Assembly: GCF_001194135.2 (NCBI RefSeq)
Contig: NC_068981.1
Location: 159,001,968-159,065,967 of the forward strand
Source: Octopus bimaculoides
Taxonomy: Eukaryota
Direction of reading: 5' to 3'
DNA length: 64,000 nucleotides
The translations under genes and the position numbers were made by a program. Below the pieces are notes generated by a model. It ran no database searches. It saw nothing but the letters and a program-made list of their open reading frames with translations, and was not told where the DNA came from. Below, in pieces: positions 50,382 to 60,695 of this stretch. Numbering within the stretch: the first letter of the stretch is position 1; every line of letters starts with the position of its first letter.

Positions 50382-50430
50382 GTGTTAGTACTGATGAAAG
50401 GACAATACTCCTTGAAATATGCATATACAC
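50382..50430 (+). ncRNA. Type I minimal hammerhead ribozyme-like motif with intact catalytic core
   Basis: gta-CTGATGA-AAGGA-caatac-TCCTT-GAAA-TATGCA-TA-tac. Stem II is a perfect 5 bp, stem III is the palindrome ATATGCATAT, and stem I is short. Confidence 0.65.
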
Positions 50431-51669
50431 CCATTACCTTTCAATGGTGGTGCTCCAGCATGGCTGCAGCTTTAAATTTGTAACAAGTTAAAGAATATAT
50501 TTAATGATGAAATAGAAAAACTTATCTTGCTTAGTCATTGAAAGAAGCCTAAACCCTATATATGTATGGATGTTTGATTTGTTAGAAAAGAAGGCAAACC
50601 TCCCACATACCATACCCTAATGTTTTTTTTTAATGTCCACTATTGCCCTGAGCTGACCAATACTTTGTGAGTGCATTTGATAGGCAGAAATTGTGTGGAA
50701 GCCCAAAGCCCATCGTATATAAAATTCATCAACTTGTAACAATGAATGCTATATTTTCCTTCATTTTAAGTATTTGTTTTTTAAATATTTTTCAAACATT
50801 GTGTGTTGGTTTGCCTAAGGGGACTGATAGAATAAGTACCAGACATAAATAAAAAAAGAATAAGCACTGGCGGGGCAATTTGTTGGACTACACCTTCATG
50901 GCTGGACTCCAGTGACTGAAACAAGTAAAAGGTGAAAGATATAATTTGTCTTAAATATATTACATCTGAATAAGCAAGACACTTGTTTCTGTCTGTCTCT
51001 CTCTCATTATAAACTTTCATCATCTGACACAAGATCACCTCCTCCAATGCCCCCTCCCCTCTCAAAGGATCTTTGTCTTGCAAGTTATTTAGTGACCCTG
51101 CCAGTGCTGATGTCACGTAAAAGTGTCCATTCCACACTGTAAATTGGTTGGCATTTGGAAGGGCATCTAGCTGTGAAAACCTTGCTAAAATTGACCTCAC
51201 CTGTGCTTGTGCCATGTAAAAAGCACTCAATTCACTCTGCTAGGTTGGTGTTAGGAAGGGCATCCAACTGTAAAAACCCTGCCAAAACAGACACAGAAGT
51301 CTGGTGCAGGCTCCTGCTTGGCCAGCTCTGGTCAAGCTATCTAGCATGAAAGCATGAAATAATGTCTATCTTTCATGCTAGCATGCTACCCTGCCAAAAC
51401 AGACACTTAAGTCTGGTGTAGGCTCCTGCCTGGCCAGCTCTGGTCAAACCATCTAGCATGAAAGGTGGACATTAAATGATGATGATGAGTAAAAGATGGG
51501 TTAGTCATGAGTGGAACTTTTATTGTAGGTCTGCTTGACCAGAGCTGACACAGAGCTTCACAACAACTTGTTCATATTAATATACATTTTTGATAATTTT
51601 CATAAGTAACAACTGAACCTGTAAAATATAACTAATTAATTATATTTATTATAATTTGTCTTTCCTTAG

Positions 51670-51728
51670 TTGCTGCCTCGATGGTCAACAAAAGGCCTAC
51701 AACTATTTACCAAATGATGAAAAGATGA
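51670..51728 (+). CDS. ADAP1: ADAP1 probable terminal coding exon: (I)AASMVNKRPTTIYQMMKR*
   Basis: Polypyrimidine tract plus ccttag acceptor. The phase-1 join is open and ends at TGA 51726-51728. Similarity to the vertebrate tail (AVEAHFKHKP) is weak. Confidence 0.75.
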
Positions 51729-51829
51729 AATTGAAATGTCTAGGAAATGCCAAACATTTTCCTGCACCAAAATCTTCAAAACAATCTGCCTTGCTATTGA
51801 TTTTGAGAGGACTGACTAAATTACTGCTG

Positions 51830-51865
<36 letters not shown>

Positions 51866-54650
51866 TTCCAAAATATTGATCATCTTCGTTGTTGTCATTG
51901 TCACTGTCATCATATTGTACCAGAAATATCAGAGCATAGTTTTGGAGGAATGATACTTCTTATTCATCTTGGTATCACTTAGATTAAATATGGAGCCTTA
52001 TTGTTAACCATTTCAGGCACCTAAAAGGGCTCATCTGATTATAAAATTTAAAATCAAAATAATACAACAGCAACAAGACTTAAAATGATAATAAATAATT
52101 GTTGCATTCTTCAAAATATATTCCTTCCTTGAAACTGAACATATTTAATATCATATGAAACGTTGAGCCAGAATATAAATAGGCAATCATATACATACAT
52201 ATATATTTATACTTAATTTCTGTAGTCAATCTCTGTTACAATATCTTTAAATTGTTCCAATTGTATTGTTTCTGGTTGGTTTTTCTTGCTGATCTAAAAT
52301 TATTGGTTCCAAAGAAGTCATTCTCATATCTGTTTTCTTCCCCTTTGGTAGTTATTTGGTTTGTCTCCTCTTCAAACTTTAGCAATAAAAGTAAAGATTA
52401 TTTTTTAATTAATAACATTTACAGTGCACTCTTGATTGACTTTAGTGTTTTAGAAACTGGTATGTTTCTAATAAGACTGACTGGAAACTGTTGCTTATTG
52501 TTGCTCTAGTTGGAGCCAAAGTGAGAGTTGTTGGAAGGTATCATCTTGTGATATTTTTAATTTGGACTATTACATTCCTAATTTTTCTTTTTAATGAAAA
52601 TGTTTTACTATTGTAGCAACTGTAAAATCTTTATTTTTTAAACAGATGTGTATTTTATTTACATGTTTCAACAAGCCTTTTAAAATGTCAACTTATCCAT
52701 TATTCATTAGTAATCTTTGTTCATCTTGTATATATTGTTCATCTGATAACACTGAAGAAATAGCCATTTGTTCTATGGATGTGAACATTGTCATAAATCT
52801 AGGTTGTTATAACTTGCCCTATTAGACCTCTTTCATATACTAAGCCTTACATTGCAAGAGTTGTGAACCAGTATTAAACAAATTAAATATCCCTACAAAT
52901 GTTAAATTTGTATTCAGACATACTGTTTAGTTTTGGATGCTATGTTGTGACTATGGGCTGAAGAGTTAGTGAGTAGCCATGGTTTATATTGAATGTTGTT
53001 TGGTAAAGATACAAATAAAATTAACCTCTTGAATATTCTGAGTAAAGCTTGATTGACAGTTTTGTATAACGTAAAGTATTTAGAATATATTTTCTTAAAC
53101 TGGAATCCATTATTTTTTTTAATAGGACAATTTCTGAAAATAAATGAAATATTGTCAAATATTGGATATTATATAATTTTTGTTGAATATTAATATCAAA
53201 ATTAATCCAATTAGAAATTATAAATAACTGCAAAAAGAAAAGTGAAATCCTTTTTGTATCTGAATGCCTTGTTGTATGTAAATTGGTATCTTCAAATCTA
53301 TTGAGCTGAAATAATGTAAGGTCAGTTTGGTAAGTTACAATATATTAAAGTAACATACATCTACAGTCAATGTTGTGATTACTTATTTACAATTGACCAA
53401 TTTACTCTTCTTTATTACTATAAATGACAGACAATCAGATTGAGAAAAATGACTTAAATATTTCTGACTTCAGAAAGGTAAAAACTCTGTGCAAATCAAC
53501 TTTAACTGTGGTTTTTAAGCCAAGATTAATATGAATCTTAATGCCACTATAAAACACTATAGATTTATTCTTTCATTTAGATAATGCTTTTATGAAAAAG
53601 AATTGACATATATATCTTTTTGAATCAAAACTTAAGATTTTCTTCTCTATTTGATCCCGAGTGTAAATTTTTATTGAAAGAAAGTGTCTTTCATATCTAT
53701 CAACTTAATATGCTTATGTACTAATTATGACATACTTGAAATTTGTATGTAAGTATATAAAAATATAATGGGCAAGAAGATAAAAAATAATCCCTTTCAA
53801 AATTTAAATATGATTTTAATAAATTAGATTAATTTATTTTTGAGAAGCTGTCTGTTAATAAGTTGATAAATTTTGACAAATATTATCCTCTACTTTTTAC
53901 CAATATGAGCACCACTTGGCTGAAATTGACAGCTGATTTATTTATATTAAAATCTTAAAAATTAATACTGTTCTTGTTAATGGAATGCCATTCTACAATT
54001 ATACTGTTTCAGTACTTGAGTATCTAATAGATTTATTTTAAAACATAGATCGTGGATTATAAATATTTGAGTAAAACACCAAGAAATGGCTTATGGAAGT
54101 TTTTTTTTTTTTTCCCATTTCATTTGTCCAATTTACAAATGGTTTAATATACAAAAGATTACTGTAGTAAATTTATATTTTTACAGCTTGATGGTTCAGC
54201 TATGTCAGCTCCATTATTATCAGAAAATATTTGAAATTGTTTTGTTTTTATTTATTTCTAGTTAATCTGTTTCATAAAATATTTTGATAACTAAAGATCA
54301 AATATACTTTTTTTTCTAACTAGGGTATTTTCTCTAGTGAAAATTCAGTAAAAGAATAATTTCGTGTTTCCTTTGCATATCATGTCAAAGAAGCAAGTTA
54401 TTTGCTGAGTATTTTATTAGTGATCATACCTAATTCTTAGATAAATCTATTTGATGAAAATTATAATTACATTGGTGTATTATTTAATCCTGTCTTAAGA
54501 TTTCAGATTTTCTTTAATTAATATTTTGATTTTTATATGGCAGACTCAAATGAAAGATTTTTTTTTTTATATTTCTTTTCATTCCAGAACTTCACCAGTA
54601 TGTATTAACTTGCAAACTATTGACTAAATAAAATCATATTCTGAACATTA
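51729..54650 (+). other. Probable long ADAP1 3' UTR
   Basis: About 2.9 kb of AT-rich sequence with no recognisable SINE or LINE. AATAAA occurs at 52384, 53014 and 54627, the last followed by a GT/T-rich tract. Confidence 0.5.
51831..51864. repeat. (TAC)n microsatellite in the putative 3' UTR
   Basis: About 11 perfect units. Confidence 0.95.
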
Positions 54651-54696
54651 TTTGTTATCATGTCTGTCCTTTTCAATTTAAACTACATTTTATTTA

Positions 54697-55270
54697 TCAT
54701 CATCATTATCATCATCATCTAACGTCTGCTTTCCATGCTAGCATGGGTTGGACGATTTGACTGAGGACTGGTGAACCAGATGGCTGCACCAACCTCCAAT
54801 CTGATCTGGTGGAGTTTCTACAGGTGGATGCCCTTCCTAATGCCAACCACTCCGAGAGTGTTGTGGGTGCTTTACGTGTCACCAGCACGAGGGCCAGTCA
54901 GGCGGTACTGGCAACAGCCATGCTCAAATGGTGTTTTTTATGTGCCACCTGCACAGGATCCAATCCAGCGGCACTAGCAATGACCTTGCTCGAATGTTTT
55001 TTCACGTGCCAGTAAGGCGACGCTAGTAACAATCATGCTCAAATGGTGCTATTTACATGCCACCAGCACAGAAGCCAGACAGCTGCTCTGGCAATGATCA
55101 CACTTGGACGGTGCTGTTAGCGCTCCACTGGCACGGGTGCCAGTCATCGAATTTGGTTCAATTTCGATTTCGATCTCACTTGCCCCAATAGGTCTTCACA
55201 AGCAGAGTTTAGTGTCCAATGAAGGAAAGGTTGGCATGGGTGCCAGTCATCGAATTTGGTTCGGTTTCGA
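54697..55270 (-). mobile_element. Young RTE 3' UTR-derived element with internal short repeats
   Basis: catcatcatcatctaacgtctgctttccatgctagcatgggttggacg..., highly similar to 63069-63500 (opposite strand) and 21295-21540. Confidence 0.85.
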
Positions 55271-55903
55271 TTTATGTATTTGAATAATTTTATTGATATA
55301 TTAATCACTATCATCATTTAACATCTGTTTTCCATGTTGGCATGGATGGGACAGTTTGACAGGAGCTGATAATCCAGAGAACTGCACCATGCTCTACTGT
55401 CTGCTTTGGCATAGTTTCTATGGCTGGATATCCTTCCTAGTGCCAACCACTTTACAGAGCGGACTGGGTGCTTTTTATATGGCACCAGAACCAGTGAAGT
55501 TGCCAAGTAACTTGCGAGACAAAACCTCTCAACTGAAGTGGGTGGCTTCGTACCAGTTGATAAGAGGGTGTCTTGCAATAGAAGAGATACATGGTTTCAA
55601 ATACATAGCTACAAGACCAGATGTTTATTGAAGAAGAGAGGGTTGAATAATGGATCAAAGCTATTATTTTGTGCTTATTTTGTTGACTCTTCTAATAAAG
55701 GAAGAAAGGCAGTATTGTTAATAATGGGACTTAAACTCAAGGAACAAAACTAAGTACTGTAAAATGCATGTAGTACTGTTCTGTATATTACCTAAAAAGA
55801 TAATACCTTGAGCCAACAAAGAAAGAATTCTACACAACTACTCAGCCTACTAGAAATAGCAGTCAAATATTCATATATTTTAAAGCAAGATGTGTGGTTT
55901 CTT

Positions 55904-55984
55904 TGCTATACACAACTACATCTCTTTGAAGCAGTTCTCTCCCCTTAAAGGGAAGAGAACTGCTTCAAAGAGATGGTGATAGCA
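55904..55984. other. Perfect 22-bp hairpin with extended basal stem (pri-miRNA-like)
   Basis: catctctttgaagcagttctct (55919-55940) is the exact reverse complement of agagaactgcttcaaagagatg (55954-55975). Confidence 0.9.
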
Positions 55985-56014
55985 CCAGCAGTCCCCAGTC
56001 AAAATCCCCCCCTA

Positions 56015-56077
<63 letters not shown>

Positions 56078-56450
56078 CACCTTTCCATGCTTGTATAAGT
56101 TAGATGGAATTTGTCAAGGTAGATTTTCTACAAATGGATGCCCTTCTTGGTGCTAAACTCCAACTATTTTCAAGTAAGGTAATATTTTCCTATAGCTAGA
56201 CATGTTTTACACAGAATACTGGAAATGAACAGATTTGCTTGTATAATGATGATGCTCATTTACAAATACTGTCTGATGTCCTATCGCAATCTTCAGGCAA
56301 TGCCCACATGGCATAACAAGCTAAGAATAGGATGATAGGATGAGAGAAAAAAAATGAGAAAAAGTGGAAGGTTGAAAAAAATGGAAAACAAAAAAGAAAA
56401 CAGAATGAAGCAGAAGGGTAAGAATTAGAGTTATGTTCCCTTTGACCACA

Positions 56451-56582
56451 AAGGCTGAAAGGATAGTAGCCTAGAGTCTGTAGTACAACTTAGCTAAGTC
56501 TCTGTTTGCAAATTGAAAAATACCAGCCTCTCCAAATTGAGCAGCTATACCACAGATTCTAGGCCACTATCCTTTCAGCTTT
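56451..56582. repeat. ~32-bp imperfect inverted repeat (MITE-like)
   Basis: gctgaaaggatagtagcctagagtctgtagta versus taccacagattctaggccactatcctttcagc, 3 differences. Confidence 0.85.
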
Positions 56583-57499
56583 ATAGTCTATGCTCAAAGA
56601 GGACATAACTGTAATTCTCCCCCTTTTGCTTCATTCTATTTTCTTTTTCATTTTCCAGTTTTTCAACCTTCTGCCTTTTATATCTGCTACTTTCTCACCT
56701 TTTCTTGTTTTTTTTTTCTCTCATCTTATCGTCCTATTTTTAGCTTGTTCTTGTTATGCCATGTGGGTATTGCCCAATGATTGTGATAAGGTACCAGACA
56801 TGCTAAAAGATACTGTCTGAGATGCTTTTATCACATGAAACTAACAATAGCACATAAAAACATATCATGTTTATTAAATAATATTGTCTCTCACCAGAGT
56901 ACATTTTTGTTGATCTTACCATCATGGAACACTACACTATATATATAGCACACAAATGTCAACTTAGGCAGTAAACATACATATATACACATACGTGCAC
57001 ACATGGAAACACATGAACTTACACTCACACATAAACCAAAATGGACCATGAACATCCATGTTTTGTAAAAAATACTTTTATTTCATTTTTTATTTTCCTT
57101 TTATTTTTTATTTTTATTATTTCTGTGCTTCATTAGTTTCATTATCTATTATTAATCTTTATTTTTATCCTTTATCTTAATTCTTATATACTTTAATTCA
57201 TGATTACTATTATTATTGTATTAAATAAAAATGAAAACATTAATGCATGCGCACACACAAACAATAAACATGCTTTCGTCTGCTCAGTCTGTTGGAGTAT
57301 TTCAATTGATCAAAATGTAAACTCTGTAATGTCCATTTTGCCCCGAAGATCTTCCACCTAGGGTTGTCAAAATGCAAATTTATATTGTTATATATGTTTT
57401 GTAATTTAAATTGGGTGCAAAGTGAAACAATTGTAGGGAATGTTAAATACTTAATAAATCAATTTATATTCATTGAGTTTCTCCATTTTCAAGCTTACT

Positions 57500-58520
57500 A
57501 ATATATGTGTGTATATATATTTTATTTTATTTCTATATACACGCACACATATATACACACACGTACATATTACACATATGAAAAAATACACACACCCATG
57601 AACACAAATACACATGCACATACACGCACACACAGATATAAACATGCACATACATACACACACGCACATGTACGCACACATACCTCACACACACAACACA
57701 TACATACACTCACGCAATTACACATACATAGGCATATACACACACACACATGTATGCGCACACACACACACACACACAGATGAATGCATATATACTCCAC
57801 ATACACACACACACACACAAACAAACAGAGGAATGCACATATACTCTACACACACACACATACATAGACACACATACATACATATACACACACGCGTACA
57901 CATGCAAAGAAATGCACACATGCCTAACACACACACATACACAAACATACACGTACACACTACATGCACATACACACACACGCACGCACATACATGCACA
58001 AAAATACACATATACCTTCACACACACATACACACGCACACAGATAATATACATATACACACACACACACACACACATGCATATGAACTCACACATACCT
58101 CCCATACACACTACACACTCATACATACATGCACACAATTACACATACATGGGCATATACACAAATGCACATACACACACAGAGGAATGCACATATACTC
58201 CACACACAAACACACACACACATATACATGCATACACACACATATGCACACACAGACACATGCACACACAAAACATATACATACATGCACACACGTACAT
58301 AAATATGCACAACCATACTTCAAACTGCTATTGAAACACCTTTCTACTGACCATTCCTCTACGCACATGTGAAGAGACACACAACTACACAAAAGACTGT
58401 CATTCCTGCTACTGAATTCTTCCTACAACATTAAGCGACACAAAGTTGACTCACACATACGCATATAAACAGCCAAAAACACACACACACACACACACAG
58501 AGACTTGCACGCACGCACAT
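57500..58520. repeat. Complex CA/TA-rich low-complexity satellite with internal block duplications
   Basis: Degenerate (CA)n. The block gaggaatgcacatatactc recurs near 57828 and 58181. Confidence 0.9.
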
Positions 58521-58599
58521 ACCCACACACACACACACATACCTCCTCTTACACTCTCCTGTCTCAGAAAGAACTTTTCCTTCACCCATTCCCTTCTGC

Positions 58600-58800
58600 T
58601 CATTTCAAAATGTAACCAGATGTGAATCATTGGCAATGTCCTCCATCTTCCCTTCTACTGGACTTTCCTCTGTTTCCAAAGAAGAGCGTCTGCTCAAAAT
58701 GTTAAACCATCTTTCTTTTCTTCCCTGAGCATCTGTTAATACTTTACATGTACCACGTCCTCGCGTTTTTTTTTTGTGTGTTTGTTCTTTTTTGGATTTA
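58600..58800 (+). mobile_element. Probable Penelope-type pLTR fragment with a decayed hammerhead motif (58670-58708)
   Basis: ctgttt-CCAAAGA-agagc-gtct-gctc-AAAA-tgtt-aaac. Stem II (gagc/gctc) and stem I (gttt/aaac) are intact; the core is altered. Confidence 0.45.
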
Positions 58801-59307
58801 CTATATAATATATATATAAAATAATAGATATGATCCAGGGATCCAAGTGTAAGTCATCAGTAAGCATTGAGCATTTATGCAGCTAGTATAAATGACAAAA
58901 ACAGGACAATATACAATAAAAAAAGGTTTATTAACATCGTAAGTTACAAACTTCATTCCATATTGAAATTATAAGAAATTTCAATAAGCTGACAGTCACC
59001 ACACAACTCATGTAAAAATGCAACTAAAAATTCAAGAAAGTAAAAAATGGAACAAGTAAAATATAAACTACAAATGTTTCATACCAAAGCGATGCTTGTT
59101 ACATAAGTTGTAACATACATTAAACCAGCTTAGCTTATCTTCTGGTCTTATTACCTATAAATTGTTTACATAGTTACGTGGAGATGAACAAATGAATTAT
59201 CAAACTAGCCATGACACAAATGGTAAGTTGAAAAAAGAATAAAGTAAAAACAATCAAAATTAAATGACCAATGAAAGTATTAATTAGAAGGTAGATCACC
59301 CAAAAAG

Positions 59308-59498
59308 GAAATAAGGTGGGTGTGTTTACAGATGTCATTAAGCAGAGGGAAAATAAATGCTAAGTAGAAGAGGAAAAGGAGGACTAGCAATAAAATTCCC
59401 TTATCCAAAGGCTAGTCTTCCCCACCTCCCTTTTCTCTCTCCCTAGCATCCATTTTCATTCTACTTGATGACATCTGTAAACACATTCACTTTATTTC
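59308..59498. repeat. ~190-bp imperfect fold-back
   Basis: gaaataaggtgggtgtgtttacagatgtcattaagcaga... pairs with ...tctacttgatgacatctgtaaacacattcactttatttc. Confidence 0.85.
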
Positions 59499-60505
59499 TC
59501 ATTTAACTGAGCAGAAAAGATATTCAGCTGTAAAATTATATTTTATTGAAAGGAAAATGAACTAAAGCTGTAAAATATGATAAAAAAATAAAATTCAAAA
59601 TATATTCTGAACAAAATTAAAATTTGATGATTTAAATTGTTATATGTGGTAGACATTTGGAAAGCAAAGAAGAGAATATAAATGTGAGAGTCTAGTCAGA
59701 CATTTTAACTCACTTTCATATTCAGCTTTATATTCTTTTACTTGTTTCTGTCATTTACACATTTCATATATTTGGTTAAAAATTATAATCAAATATATGT
59801 TTACCATGCACTCCTTAGTTTAGTCACAAAAAACATAATTTCTAACAATATTGGTTTCAAATTTTAGCACAAAGCCAACATGTTTGGTGTGATGGTCAAG
59901 TTGATAACCTCAAACCCAGTGCTCAACTGGTACTTATTTTATTGACCTCAAAAAGATGAAAGGCGAAGTCAAGTTTGGTGGAATTTGAAGCCAGAATGTA
60001 AGGATGGACAAAATGTCACTAAGCAATTTTGTCCAGTGTGCTCACGATTGTGCCAGCTCGCCACTTTATAAGTTCTAACAATATCAAGAAATATAAATGG
60101 AAAACAAAATTTAGAGAAAAACTTTAAAATAAAACTTCATATTCATTGAATTTTCCAATATAACTATTTCATTTTCTAATTATAAAATGAAATATCATCA
60201 AGGGTATCTTCTTGGTTGTAAAACCTGTTAGGGTCATCTGAAAATGCAGTCTGTAATGTTGTAAATAGGGATACACTCATCACATAATTTGGCACCACCA
60301 AAGTATTTTGTATCAGTTGTAGGATTCCAAAATCCCATTCATTATCAACTTCAGTAAAATTCAAAGAAATATCAGTCATCAACAGGGCAGAATTCTGGGA
60401 AAGAAAACAAAAGCCGATATTACTGGACTGGCAGATCAAACGTAAAATAAAAAAATAAATAAAATAAAACAAAACAGGTGTATGATTAAAGTAAAATATT
60501 ATCAG

Positions 60506-60695
60506 TATTCTGTTGTGTCTGGGGAGAGTCATTTTCTTATTGTGCCTTAAAATTTAACACACTCACCGGTAAACTTTCCACTTATTTCTTATTTTTATTT
60601 TCCTAAAATTTTCGTTGAGTGTGTTAAATTTCCGGTGAGTGTGTTAAATTTTAAGGCACAATAAGAAAATGACTCTCCCCAGACACAACAGAATA
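60506..60695. repeat. Perfect 64-bp inverted repeat with 62-bp spacer
   Basis: 60506-60569 is the exact reverse complement of 60632-60695. Confidence 0.95.

Noticed and set aside
51656-51982. 108-aa ORF with poly-Leu
   Set aside because: It is out of phase with the upstream exon (phase 1 required), and the poly-Leu is the (TAC)n microsatellite.
57451-58392. His/Thr-rich and Cys/Val-rich ORFs up to 252 aa
   Set aside because: They are translations of a degenerate (CA)n satellite with no domain signal or splice context.
58900-59700. Possible 3' end of a convergent minus-strand gene (AATAAA on minus at ~58927)
   Set aside because: No coding exons were found on the minus strand in the window, and the motif is expected by chance in AT-rich DNA.
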